This document shows, piece after piece, positions 37,049 to 47,082 of a stretch of 54,138 bases of DNA (positions are counted from its first letter, which is position 1; every line of letters begins with the position of its first letter). The notes beneath the pieces were generated by a model. It searched no databases. It was not told the origin of the DNA and saw only the letters and a program-made list of their open reading frames with translations. The translations under genes and the position numbers were made by a program. Source of the DNA: Deltaproteobacteria bacterium (lineage in GTDB: Bacteria; JAMCPX01); NCBI GenBank assembly GCA_023381995.1, contig JAMCVD010000112.1, positions 1-54,138 of the forward strand, read 5' to 3'.

Positions 37049-38217
37049 GCAACGACGAGTCCGCCGATGACGACGCCGAGGAAGACGATCAACAGCGGCT
37101 CGATAAGCGATGTCATCGCGGCGACCGCAGTGTCCACCTCTTCGTCGTAGAAGTCTGCTATCTTCGACAGCATCGCATCCATGTTGCCCGTCGCCTCTCC
37201 CACTGAGATCATCTGAACGACCATGGAGGGGAAGACCTTCGTCTGCGCAAGGGGCTCGGAGATCGTTTTCCCTGCCGCTATGCTCTCCCTCGCCTTCATA
37301 ATGGCGTTCTCTATGATCACGTTGCCCGATGTGCGTGCGACGATCTCGAGGCCGTCCATGATGGGCACACCGCTCGATATCATGGTTGAGAGCGTCCTGG
37401 TGAACCTCGCCACGGCATTCTTGCGTATGATCTCCCCGAACACAGGCGTTTTCAGCAGCAGCCCGTCTATGACGAACTGGCCGCTCGATGTCTTGTAGTA
37501 GCGTCTGATCGCGTACACCACCGCCCCTATCCCGATAATCAGGTAGAGAATATAGTGTTTCAGGAAATTGCTGAGGTCCATGACGAACTGTGTCGGTGCG
37601 GGCAGGGCAGCGCCCACATCGGCGAACATCTTCGCAAAGATGGGTATTACGAAGAGAAGGAGGATCGCGACCGCGCCTGCCGCGACCGACAAGACCACTA
37701 TCGGGTATACCATCGCGCCCTTTACCCTGCCTTTCAGCTTTTCGGCCTTTTCGATATAGGTGGCAAGCCGTGCGAGGATTGTATCGAGCATACCGCCCAC
37801 CTCTCCTGCCGAAACAAGGTTGGTATAGAGTGAGTCGAAGGTCTCCGGGTGCTTCTTCAGGGCGGCGGCGAACGTGGAGCCGCCTTCTATGGACGCTTTT
37901 ATGTCTTTGATGGTCTTCTGAAAGGTCTTGTTGGGCTGCTGGGCACCGAGTATGTCGAGGCACTGGACAAGCGGCAGGCCTGAGTCTATCATTGTCGCAA
38001 ACTGCCTCGTAAAAACGGACAGGTCTTTGCCCGTGACCTTTTCCTTAAAGATGCTTAGATTGGCGAGATCGAGGGATGCCTTCTTTTCCTTGATGGTGAT
38101 GGGCCTTATGTCCTGCTGTCTCAGTATGGCTATTACGGCGTTCTCGTTCTGGGCGTCTGTGCTGCCTTTTACGGTCTCGCCTGTTTTTTTAATCCCTTCC
38201 CACCTAAAAACAGCCAT
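37006..38217 (-). CDS. pilC: Type IV pilus platform protein PilC
   Basis: FTRQFATMIDSGLPL, AGEVGGML, AMVYP, GEATG and MYLPIF. Confidence 0.95.
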   Translation of the reverse strand: MAVFRWEGIKKTGETVKGSTDAQNENAVIAILRQQDIRPITIKEKKASLDLANLSIFKEKVTGKDLSVFTRQFATMIDSGLPLVQCLDILGAQQPNKTFQKTIKDIKASIEGGSTFAAALKKHPETFDSLYTNLVSAGEVGGMLDTILARLATYIEKAEKLKGRVKGAMVYPIVVLSVAAGAVAILLLFVIPIFAKMFADVGAALPAPTQFVMDLSNFLKHYILYLIIGIGAVVYAIRRYYKTSSGQFVIDGLLLKTPVFGEIIRKNAVARFTRTLSTMISSGVPIMDGLEIVARTSGNVIIENAIMKARESIAAGKTISEPLAQTKVFPSMVVQMISVGEATGNMDAMLSKIADFYDEEVDTAVAAMTSLIEPLLIVFLGVVIGGLVVAMYLPIFKIASTIK

Positions 38218-38230
38218 TGCTTACCTCCCT

Positions 38231-39358
38231 TTAAAAGCTTTTCTGGGCATTCTGCATCCGTGCCTGAGCCTGGATGGACGGCGGGACTGGGGAGCCGGAC
38301 TGCAGCATCTGTTTGAGTTCTTCGAGATCCGTCGAGTAGATCATGGCGTCGTCCACCGAGATGAGTTTCCTCTGAAAGAGGTTGAACAAAGATTGGTTCA
38401 TTGTCTGCATGCCGAACTTTGCCTGTCCAACCTGCATATGGGAGTATATCTGATGGACCTTTTCCTCCCTTATCAGGTTCCTTACGGCAGGCGTGGGTAT
38501 CAATACCTCGCACGCCAGCACCCTGCCCGGCTGGTTGTACTTGGGTATAAGAGACTGGGTCAATACGCCTTCGAGGACGAAGGAGAGCTGTGCCCTTACC
38601 TGGGGCTGCTGGTGCGGGGGGAATGCATCGATTACCCTGTTTATCGTCTGGACCGCGGAGTTCGTGTGCAGTGTCGCAAGGACGAGGTGTCCGGTTTCGG
38701 CCGTATTCAGTGCGGCCTCGATCGTCTCGAGGTCCCTCATCTCGCCGATAAGCACGACGTCCGGGTCCTGCCTCAGAATATACTTTAAGGCGTTCGAGAA
38801 ACCCTTTGTGTCTGCCCCCACCTCCCTCTGGTTTACCACGCAGTTCTTGTGGGGGTGAAGATACTCTATAGGGTCTTCTATGGTGATGATATGCTCGTGC
38901 CTGTCCTCGTTTATCTTGGATATTATCGAGGCGAGCGTCGTCGTCTTGCCGCTGCCCGTCGGGCCCGTTACAAGGATCAGCCCTCTTGCCTTTTTTGTGA
39001 TTTCGGACACTACGGGTGGAAGGCCGAGCTCATCAAAGCCCAATATTTTGAAAGGGATTGTCCTGAACGCACCGGCGACTGCCCCCCTTTGCATGAAGAT
39101 GTTCGCCCTGAACCTGCTGAGCCCCTTTACCCCGAAGGACAGGTCGAGCTCGTTGTCCTGCTCGAATTTTTGTTTCTGTGCGTCCGTGAGGATGCTATAG
39201 CACAGCTGTTTCGTCTCGGTTGCAGTCAGGGGCGGCACTTTTAACGGCGCTAATTCGCCGTCTATCCTGAGCTGGGGCGGACTGCCTGTCGTTATATGAA
39301 GATCGCTTGCCCCTTTCTCTATCATTACCTTTAGCAACTGGTGCAGATTGAAACTCAT
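38231..39358 (-). CDS. pilT: Type IV pilus retraction ATPase PilT
   Basis: ASDLH, GPTGSGKTTTLA, TIEDPIE, LRQDPD, ETGHLVLATLHT, AVRNLIRE and GMQT. Confidence 0.96.
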   Translation of the reverse strand: MSFNLHQLLKVMIEKGASDLHITTGSPPQLRIDGELAPLKVPPLTATETKQLCYSILTDAQKQKFEQDNELDLSFGVKGLSRFRANIFMQRGAVAGAFRTIPFKILGFDELGLPPVVSEITKKARGLILVTGPTGSGKTTTLASIISKINEDRHEHIITIEDPIEYLHPHKNCVVNQREVGADTKGFSNALKYILRQDPDVVLIGEMRDLETIEAALNTAETGHLVLATLHTNSAVQTINRVIDAFPPHQQPQVRAQLSFVLEGVLTQSLIPKYNQPGRVLACEVLIPTPAVRNLIREEKVHQIYSHMQVGQAKFGMQTMNQSLFNLFQRKLISVDDAMIYSTDLEELKQMLQSGSPVPPSIQAQARMQNAQKSF

Positions 39359-39371
39359 TGCCCCTCCACAT

Positions 39372-41063
39372 TTAATCTTTGGCTGTTACCCTTACAACCT
39401 CATCCACCGTCGTAAGTCCCTTTCTCAGCAGCTCTATCGAGCTCTGCCGCATCGTCATCATGCCGACCCTCATGGCCTCCTTCTTTATTTCATTAGCAGA
39501 TGCACCCGCCAATATCAATTCCCTTATTTCTTCTCCTATGGTAAGGATCTCGTAGACGGCTATCCTGCCCTTGTAGCCGGTGTTGTTGCACGTCGTGCAC
39601 CCCTTGCCCTTATAGACCTTTATCTTTGCAACTTCCGACTCCGATATGCCTATGTCGAGCAACGCCTTTTTCTCGATGTCAATCTCTTCTTTACACTTTT
39701 CGCATGTTTTCCTGACCAGCCTCTGTGCGAGGATGGCATGGACGGACGAGGCGACGAGGAACGGCTCTATGCCCATGTTCAGCAGTCTGTTGATGGTACT
39801 GGGGGCATCATTGGTATGGATTGTCGACAGCACGAGGTGTCCGGTCAGTGCGGCCTTTACAGCTATCTCGGCGGTCTCATAGTCCCTGATCTCTCCGACC
39901 ATGATGATGTTGGGGTCCTGCCTGAGGAACGACCTCAGTGCCGCTGCGAAGTTGAGCCCTATCTCCTCGTGCATCTGTACCTGGTTGACGCCGGGGATGT
40001 TGTACTCGACGGGATCTTCCGCGGTCGAGACATTCTTGGATATCTGGTTCAGCTCTGACAGTGCGGAATAGAGCGTTGTGGTCTTGCCGCTGCCCGTAGG
40101 ACCGGTGACGAGCACCATGCCGTAAGGCTTATGTACGGCGTCCTTGAAGTCTTTGAGCTGCTTCTCGTTGAAGCCGAGCTTCGTCATGTCGAGCTGCAGG
40201 TTTGACTTGTCGAGCAACCTCAGGACGATCTTCTCGCCGAAGAGCGTGGGAAGGACGGAGACACGGAAGTCTATGTCTTTCCCATCGGCGTACCGGATCT
40301 TGATCCTGCCGTCCTGTGGCCTCCTCCTCTCTGCGATGTCCAGCTTTGCCATGATCTTTAATCTCGAGCTTATGGCGTTCTTGAGCGACACGGGGGGCTT
40401 CATTATCTCGTACAGCATACCGTCGATCCTGAACCTTACCCTGAAGCTCTTCTCGTACGGCTCCACGTGGATATCGCTTGCGCCCCTCTTGATCGCATCG
40501 TTCAGGATCGAGTTCACGAGCTTGATGACGGGCGCCTCCTCGCTCGCTTTCTCGAGGCTCTTGATGTCTATGTTGTCTTCCTCCCCGATGACTTCGTATT
40601 CTTCCGCGGCCTCATCCAGTATGCCCTGATAGTCCGTGGATATCTCGAAGAACTTTTCTATGGCCTTTTTCAGGGCACCCTCCGTGGCCGCGACGAACTC
40701 GACGTTGTAGCCTGTTAAAAACTTTATCTCGTCTATCACAGCGAGGTTGGTCGGGTCCGAAGTCGCCACAATGAGGGTGGCGCCCGTCTGATTGACGGGT
40801 ATGACAAGGTGCTTCTTTGCGATGTTCTCGGGTATCTTGCGAGCTATCTCTTTGTCTATATCGAACTCGTCGAGGTTTATGACAGGAACATTGTACTGTT
40901 TGCTGAGGAAGGTGAGCAGCTCTTCGTCGGTAACAAATCCAAGCTTCGTAAGGCTCGAGCCCAGTCGGCCCCCCTCGGCTTTCTGCTCTTCTATGGCTTT
41001 CTTCAGTTGGTCTGTTGTTATTAAGTTTTCTTTAACAAGAAGCTCACCGAGTCTCGAAGTCAT
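39372..41063 (-). CDS. pilB: Type IV pilus assembly ATPase PilB
   Basis: MshEN-like RLGELL..RLG, ASDIH, GPTGSGKTTTLY, FLRQDPN and Zn-binding CxxC..CxxC. Confidence 0.96.
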   Translation of the reverse strand: MTSRLGELLVKENLITTDQLKKAIEEQKAEGGRLGSSLTKLGFVTDEELLTFLSKQYNVPVINLDEFDIDKEIARKIPENIAKKHLVIPVNQTGATLIVATSDPTNLAVIDEIKFLTGYNVEFVAATEGALKKAIEKFFEISTDYQGILDEAAEEYEVIGEEDNIDIKSLEKASEEAPVIKLVNSILNDAIKRGASDIHVEPYEKSFRVRFRIDGMLYEIMKPPVSLKNAISSRLKIMAKLDIAERRRPQDGRIKIRYADGKDIDFRVSVLPTLFGEKIVLRLLDKSNLQLDMTKLGFNEKQLKDFKDAVHKPYGMVLVTGPTGSGKTTTLYSALSELNQISKNVSTAEDPVEYNIPGVNQVQMHEEIGLNFAAALRSFLRQDPNIIMVGEIRDYETAEIAVKAALTGHLVLSTIHTNDAPSTINRLLNMGIEPFLVASSVHAILAQRLVRKTCEKCKEEIDIEKKALLDIGISESEVAKIKVYKGKGCTTCNNTGYKGRIAVYEILTIGEEIRELILAGASANEIKKEAMRVGMMTMRQSSIELLRKGLTTVDEVVRVTAKD

Positions 41064-41095
41064 ACATGTGCCCCCCCCTTCAGGTATTTGCACGA

Positions 41096-41124
41096 AGTAT
41101 ACGGTAAACCGCTGATGGTGTCAA
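41096..41124 (-). promoter_or_regulatory. Near-consensus sigma70 promoter for the pil operon
   Basis: Minus strand TTGACA-N17-TATACT, about 30 nt upstream of the pilB start. Confidence 0.7.
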
Positions 41125-41230
41125 CCCCATTATTGGAAGGCTGTGCTGTTACGCCGGAGGGCAGGGCTTTTCTCTCGGCGGACAGGGCTTGGGCCGGAAG
41201 CAGCGTGCTCTTTCGTCGGCAGGGAATTTG

Positions 41231-42433
41231 CTAATCGCAGAGCCCGGCGGGATCGACCGCCGCGGCGGGCATGTCCATCGCCTCGAGCACTGCCAGAGCA
41301 AGCTCCATACATTCTCTCAGAGACTCTTCCCGTATGTTCTTAACGGTGTCCTCGACGGTATGCCAGTGTCCCGGTAGGCCGGTTTTGTCGAGCCTCACGA
41401 GGCTTGTTGCCGCGAGGCCTTTCCTGCTGAACGGCGTCGCATCCGTATTGCCAAAGGGCAGGACGCCGGGCCTCGCGTTGATCCCGCTCTTCTGTGCGAC
41501 CCTGCGTACAAAGTCCACGAACGTCCCCGAATGCCTCGACCTGACCTCATACTCTCTTTTCACGATGCGGAGGGTGCCGTCCTCGCCAACCATATCGAAA
41601 TTGAGTACGTAGGTGGGAACCGCCTTCAATGTGTCCATGTGCTTCCTTACAAAATGTTGGGACCCTTTCGTGTTGGGCTCTTCCGCACCAAAGGATATAC
41701 ACATCACCTCGGTGTTGATGGGCCTGTGCGAGCCCAGATAGTCTGCCAGGCCAACAGCGACTGCCACGCTCGAGAGGTTATCGTTCGCCCCTTCGGTCTC
41801 GATGTCCGTAACAAGCCCCTTCCGCATAATCTGGGACGTCACGGCACCGAAGAACCCTACCATGAGGGCACCCGTCCATAGCCTGCCCGGCACAAACGGG
41901 TATACGAGCTCGCCCCTGATCATGGCATAGACCGACAGTGCCAGCATGACCAACATGGACACCGTCGTAAAAAACTCCAGAATGGGCATGAGCCAGACGA
42001 ACTGCCTGTGCAAAAGCGTCATGTTGAATGCGGAATCGTGATGGCCCGAGACTATCAGCCTCTGCCTCGTCTCCCCGGACGGCCTGACGGTACCGATGAC
42101 ATTCGCAGTCTTTTTTTTCTCCATGCATCTATCGATGATCTCCCTATCGTACCACCTCGAGAGAAAGAACAGTGTGCCGAAGACGAGCCCGATAACCAGA
42201 GATAGCGCGGGGGATATGAAAAAAGCTATGAATACGGCCAGGACAGCGTACGTGATGATCTCCGTGAGTCTCTGCAGGACCCTCGGTGCCACGTCGAACT
42301 CCTCGACGTCCACCCTGTCGCATGACCTGCCCATAAACCCCTTTACAAGCCCTATCGCCTTCCTGTCCGGCTCCGAGCCCGTTATTCTCGGACCGCACGC
42401 ATTGACTATCGTTACTATGTAATCTTTCAGCAT
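41231..42433 (-). CDS. Membrane-embedded M28 family metallopeptidase
   Basis: SGHHDS, GANDNLSS, GAEE, NFDMVG, TDATPF and HTVED, with inserted TM hairpins. Confidence 0.85.
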   Translation of the reverse strand: MLKDYIVTIVNACGPRITGSEPDRKAIGLVKGFMGRSCDRVDVEEFDVAPRVLQRLTEIITYAVLAVFIAFFISPALSLVIGLVFGTLFFLSRWYDREIIDRCMEKKKTANVIGTVRPSGETRQRLIVSGHHDSAFNMTLLHRQFVWLMPILEFFTTVSMLVMLALSVYAMIRGELVYPFVPGRLWTGALMVGFFGAVTSQIMRKGLVTDIETEGANDNLSSVAVAVGLADYLGSHRPINTEVMCISFGAEEPNTKGSQHFVRKHMDTLKAVPTYVLNFDMVGEDGTLRIVKREYEVRSRHSGTFVDFVRRVAQKSGINARPGVLPFGNTDATPFSRKGLAATSLVRLDKTGLPGHWHTVEDTVKNIREESLRECMELALAVLEAMDMPAAAVDPAGLCD

Positions 42434-42442
42434 GGTCGTACC

Positions 42443-43450
42443 TTACTTTACGTCCTTTCGCCGGTAGAGCTTTACGTAATGATTGTGTTCCTTCAGCGTC
42501 CTTGAGAACTCATGGCTGCCGTCGTTGTTGGCGACGAAATAAAGGTACGGAACGTTGGCCGGGTACAGTGCGGCGACGATCGACTCCATGCCGGGGTTGC
42601 ATATGGGGCCCGGGGGCAGTCCTTTGATCCGGTACGTGTTGTACGGGTTCCTGGCCCTGAGCTCCTTTTTCGTGATCACGTCGTTGGTTATGTGCATTGC
42701 GTATATGACCGTGGGATCCGACTGCAGCCTCATACCGAGCTTAAGCCTGTTATGGAAGACAGCAGACACGAGAAACTTCTCGGAAGGCACGGAGGTCTCC
42801 TTCTCGATGATGGACGCGAGCGTTACGACCTGCAGCATCGTCATGCCCATCTCCTCTGCGCGCTCCTGCAGTTTCGGGGTATAGACGAGCCTGAACTGGT
42901 TGATCATCTTCTTTATGATCTCTTTCGGCGCAAGGCCCCTGCTGAGTTCGTAGGTCTCCGGGTACAGGAAACCCTCCAGGGTCTCGGCTGTTATTCCCTC
43001 CCCGGCCATGAACGCCCTGTCCCTTGTGAGATGCATAAAGCCATGGACGTCCTTCAAAAGCCCCTTTTCCTCGAGCACCTGTGCGATCTGTTCGTCGGTA
43101 TAGCCTTCGGGCAGGGTTACCTTGTGCAGTTCGACCTCTCCGTTCAAGAGCTTCTCGATTATCGTGGTGGGCCTCATAGAGCCGCTGAGCAGGTACTCGC
43201 CGTACTTCACGCTGTGCGTAGCACCCATGAGGTAGGCAAGCAGCTTCAGGTCCCACTCGTCCTTTACTATGTGCCTGTCCGCGAGTATGCCTGATACCTT
43301 CCTGAACGAGTCGCCCGCCGGGATCTCGATCGTTTGCAGCACCCCGGACGGGTACGGCGGCATGGCGATAAAGCGCATGAACTGCACGGCAAATGCGAGT
43401 GCGGACACGAGCACGAACATAACGCTGTACCATACGATCCTCTTCGTCAT
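42443..43450 (-). CDS. mltG: Endolytic transglycosylase MltG
   Basis: TLPEG, LEGFLYPETY, LASIIEKE, LQSDPT, PYNTY..GLPPGPICNPG and YLYFVA. Confidence 0.96.
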   Translation of the reverse strand: MTKRIVWYSVMFVLVSALAFAVQFMRFIAMPPYPSGVLQTIEIPAGDSFRKVSGILADRHIVKDEWDLKLLAYLMGATHSVKYGEYLLSGSMRPTTIIEKLLNGEVELHKVTLPEGYTDEQIAQVLEEKGLLKDVHGFMHLTRDRAFMAGEGITAETLEGFLYPETYELSRGLAPKEIIKKMINQFRLVYTPKLQERAEEMGMTMLQVVTLASIIEKETSVPSEKFLVSAVFHNRLKLGMRLQSDPTVIYAMHITNDVITKKELRARNPYNTYRIKGLPPGPICNPGMESIVAALYPANVPYLYFVANNDGSHEFSRTLKEHNHYVKLYRRKDVK

Positions 43451-45531
43451 GACGTCTTTTCTACTATAACACGGGCATCGAGTGCAAGCGCTTTTTCCCC
43501 GTCCACAAGTACCGGGTTCAGGTCAAGCTCCACGATGTTGACCTTTTCGATCATCATGGCGGACACCTTTGTTATGAGCCTCGCGACCTGTTCTACTGCA
43601 AGCCGCCGCTGTCCCCTTGTGCCTTCGAGCAGTGCGTATCCCTTCAGGTCTTTGAGCATGCCCAGGGCGTACGCCCCGTCGACCGGGCACAGGCCCATCC
43701 CCGTGTCCCTGAGCAGCTCCGTATAGATGCCTCCTATACCGACTATGACCACCGGACCGAACGAGACGTCCCGCTTCGCGCCTACAATCAATTCGATCCC
43801 CCCTATTAACATCTTCTGGACGACGACCCCGTTCGTGGTGATCTCCGGGTGTGTCTTTCTTATGCCCTCCGTGAGCCATTCGAACGCATCCGTGGCCTTT
43901 CTGTCGCTGTCGATGTCCAGGACCACACCCCCGACGTCCGATTTATGCGACACCGCCATCGACTCGACCTTCATAGCGACCGGGTACCCGAGCTCCACGG
44001 AGATCTTCCTTGCCTCTGCAACGGAACGCGCGTGCGACCATGGCGCAACGCCTATGTCGTGGTACTCGACAGCGTTCAGCGACCCCATAAGGGACAATGT
44101 CGTCGTCTCTCCGTGGACGCTGCTCCTGTCGCCATGTGCCGGGCGCACGCCCTGCCCCCTCCTGAAGAGCCTTGCGTCCCTTATCTTTGCCGCGGACTTC
44201 AGCATCGTCGCGGGGTCGATGAAGAACGGATAATCGATCGTCTCTTTCAGCCTGCTCAGGGTGTCTGTCTCCGTGAAAAACAGCGGCAGCAGCGGCTTGT
44301 TGTACCTCTCTCTCAGCCCCGCGAACGTTTTCGCCATACTCTCGGACGAGCCATTGTCCACGGTGGGGGAATAGGTGTGTATGAAGACCACCGTATCGAA
44401 GGACGGGTCCGCCAGCGCAAGCTCGATCGCACGTCGATAGAAGTCGAAGTCATAGACGTCGCCCATATCGAGCGGGTTGGTAAGGCTTATGACCCCTGCC
44501 CTCACGTGCCTGCCCACCTCCCCGAGGAAATGCCCGGAAAACTGCGGCGTCTCGAAGCCGTACTGCACTATAGCGTCCTGCGTAATGACGGCATGTCCTC
44601 CGGAGCGAGAGAGGACAGCGATCCTCCTGCCATAATCGTGGGAGATGCTCAGCAGCTTCACCGTATCGACAAAGTCCGTCAGAGAGTCCACCCGTATCGC
44701 CCCGGCCTCCCTCATCGCATGAGTCAGGACGAGGTCGTCGTTTGCCATGGCGGATGCGTGCGACATGGCGATGTGCGCGGTACCGGGATAGACGTTGGAC
44801 TTCAGGACGACGACGGGCTTCCTGCCTGCACGTATCAGGTCGACAAACGACCTCCCGTTCTTTATGTCCTCGAGATACATGCCTATCACTGCCGTGCCGG
44901 GGTCCTGCTCAAGGTAGGAGAGGTAGTCTATCTCGTCTATGTCGGCCTTGTTGCCGGCGCTTATCACTTTGTCGATGCCCACGCCTTCGTAGCTGAGCAT
45001 GCCGAGGAGCGTGAGGGACATTCCGCCGCTCTGAGAGATTATCGAGACCCCGCCCTTCCGTATGGGCCGTGTTATGGGAGAAAACGGCGTGCACAGGCCG
45101 TTCTCCGTATTTATGACACCAAGCCCGTTCGGTCCGGTAAACCTGATACCGTACTGTGACGATACCTTCTTGAGATCCTGCTCGAGCAACAGCCCGTCAT
45201 CGCCGGCCTCCGAGAAGCCCCCGGACTCCACCACTGCATACCTGATGCCCCTGAGGCCGCACTCCGACAGCAGCGACGGCACGCTCCGGGCAGGAGTGAG
45301 AATCACCGACAGGTCCACGTGGTCGCTGATCTCGCCTATGCCCGTATGTACCCTCATGCCCTCTACCTCGCCCGCCCTCCTTCCGATCAGGTATATCTTG
45401 CCCATGAACTTGTTGTACAGCATGTTCTTCACGATAATGTGGGCAAGGTTGTCCGGACTCTCGGAGACCCCGAAGATGGCCACGCCCTCCGGATAGAATA
45501 TACCTTTTATCGCTTCAGCATCGCCGCTCAT
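43447..45531 (-). CDS. ADP-forming acyl-CoA synthetase (acetate--CoA ligase family)
   Basis: GGFSE, GPNGLG, SQSGG, GNKAD, YLE, phospho-His SH, NPLD, GYPVAMK, HKSDVGGV and DLNPV. Confidence 0.88.
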   Translation of the reverse strand: MSGDAEAIKGIFYPEGVAIFGVSESPDNLAHIIVKNMLYNKFMGKIYLIGRRAGEVEGMRVHTGIGEISDHVDLSVILTPARSVPSLLSECGLRGIRYAVVESGGFSEAGDDGLLLEQDLKKVSSQYGIRFTGPNGLGVINTENGLCTPFSPITRPIRKGGVSIISQSGGMSLTLLGMLSYEGVGIDKVISAGNKADIDEIDYLSYLEQDPGTAVIGMYLEDIKNGRSFVDLIRAGRKPVVVLKSNVYPGTAHIAMSHASAMANDDLVLTHAMREAGAIRVDSLTDFVDTVKLLSISHDYGRRIAVLSRSGGHAVITQDAIVQYGFETPQFSGHFLGEVGRHVRAGVISLTNPLDMGDVYDFDFYRRAIELALADPSFDTVVFIHTYSPTVDNGSSESMAKTFAGLRERYNKPLLPLFFTETDTLSRLKETIDYPFFIDPATMLKSAAKIRDARLFRRGQGVRPAHGDRSSVHGETTTLSLMGSLNAVEYHDIGVAPWSHARSVAEARKISVELGYPVAMKVESMAVSHKSDVGGVVLDIDSDRKATDAFEWLTEGIRKTHPEITTNGVVVQKMLIGGIELIVGAKRDVSFGPVVIVGIGGIYTELLRDTGMGLCPVDGAYALGMLKDLKGYALLEGTRGQRRLAVEQVARLITKVSAMMIEKVNIVELDLNPVLVDGEKALALDARVIVEKTS

Positions 45532-45651
45532 GATAAAGACCTCCGCATATCAGGTAATCAGCATATTCCACGATCTTCAAGTATAATCGAAGGACAAGAT
45601 CTTATGGCGTCCACCCGTCCGAGCGGTATGTCTTCCTGCGTATGTCGGCGA

Positions 45652-46587
45652 TCACACTGACGAGGGGCAACGCTCCTTTGCCGACCCGACGAGCGCTCTG
45701 AACCGCTGTACGCCCCGTGCGGAGAGGTACTCCTCGAGCTGCCTCACAAGCGTGTCCGCAGTCTCCGGGTTTATGAAGCTGGCGGTCCCTACCTGGACCG
45801 CGGACGCGCCGGCGATCGCGTACTCCACGACGTCCTCGACCGTGATTATGCCCCCCACGCCTATGATGGGGATGCGCACCCTGGCGTACGCATCGTATAC
45901 GAGCTTGAGGGTCATGGGCTTTATCGCGGGCCCGGATAGTCCGCCCGTCTTTGCACCGAGGGACGGCCCCCCGCTCTCCAGGTCGAACGCCATGGCCGGG
46001 TACGTGTTTGCGATGCTTACCGCATCGGCACCGGCACTCTGCGCGGACAGGGCGACGTCGACGATGCTCGTGACCATCGGGGAGAGCTTGACGATGAGCG
46101 TCTTGTCCGTGGCCTCTCGTACTTTCGAGGTAACGGCATGGACGACGAGCGGGTCCTTGCCGAACTCCGCGCCCCCGGCCTCGACGTTCGGACAGGAGAT
46201 GTTCAGCTCGATGCCATCTATCCTCCGGAACCTGTCCACCCTTTCCGCAAGCTCCACGTACTCGTCCACCGTGGTACCGAAGATGTTGACGATGACCGCG
46301 GTATCCGTGCCCTCGAGCCGCGGGAGCACGCTCCTCAGGAACGCATCCATCCCGATGTTCTCGAGTCCTATCGAGTTGATAAGCCCGCACGGGGTCTCCT
46401 TTATCCTCGGGGCCGGGTTGCCCCTCCTCGGCCTGAGCGACAGCCCCTTCGTTACGAAGCCGCCGATCCTTTCGAGGGGGAAGAACCTCTCGTACTCGAT
46501 ACCGTACCCGAACGTGCCGGAAGCGCCGATGACCGGGTTCTTCAGAAGCATGCGTCCGATCCTGGTACTTAACAGCCTTTTATTCAT
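45652..46587 (-). CDS. pyrD: Dihydroorotate dehydrogenase (class 1B catalytic subunit)
   Basis: ASGTFG, GNPAPRI, NSIGLEN, ELNISCPNV, VKLSP, GGLSGPAIKP and GVGGI. Confidence 0.95.
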   Translation of the reverse strand: MNKRLLSTRIGRMLLKNPVIGASGTFGYGIEYERFFPLERIGGFVTKGLSLRPRRGNPAPRIKETPCGLINSIGLENIGMDAFLRSVLPRLEGTDTAVIVNIFGTTVDEYVELAERVDRFRRIDGIELNISCPNVEAGGAEFGKDPLVVHAVTSKVREATDKTLIVKLSPMVTSIVDVALSAQSAGADAVSIANTYPAMAFDLESGGPSLGAKTGGLSGPAIKPMTLKLVYDAYARVRIPIIGVGGIITVEDVVEYAIAGASAVQVGTASFINPETADTLVRQLEEYLSARGVQRFRALVGSAKERCPSSV

Positions 46588-46605
46588 GCAGGTACGCCTC
46601 CGGCC

Positions 46606-47082
46606 CTACCTTTTCCCATCCGGCGCTCCGTTCAGATCCATGATCAGCGCGATCTCGTTGCAGTCCGGAAACTGCGGGCATTTCAGACAGTCGCTCCATA
46701 TCTTCTGCGGCAGGAGCGACTTGTCAACTATCCTGAAGCCGAGCTTCTCGAAAAAGCCAGGCTTGTAGGTCAGCGAGAATAGCTGGTTTATCCCGAAGCC
46801 CCTGGCCTCCTCTATGCACGACCGTGCAAGGGCCGTACCGATCCCCTTATGGGTGTACTCCTCCCGTACCGCAAGGGAACGGATCTCCGCAAGGCCGTCC
46901 CAGAACATGTGCACCGCGCACACGCCTATAATCCCGCCGGCGTCCCCGGCATACACGCTGTAGTCTCGGATGTTCTCGTACAGCTCGAGAAGGGAGCGCT
47001 GCAGCATCTCCCCCTTCTTCGCGTACGCATCGATGAGCCTCTGCATCTCCTTGACGTCGTCCATCCTCGCCTTTCGTATCAC
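46606..47082 (-). CDS. GNAT N-acetyltransferase, short ArgA-like (N-acetylglutamate synthase)
   Basis: IRKA, LAEIRSLAV, GIG, LTY..FFEKLGF and LPQKIWSDCLKCP. Confidence 0.8.
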   Translation of the reverse strand: MIRKARMDDVKEMQRLIDAYAKKGEMLQRSLLELYENIRDYSVYAGDAGGIIGVCAVHMFWDGLAEIRSLAVREEYTHKGIGTALARSCIEEARGFGINQLFSLTYKPGFFEKLGFRIVDKSLLPQKIWSDCLKCPQFPDCNEIALIMDLNGAPDGKR

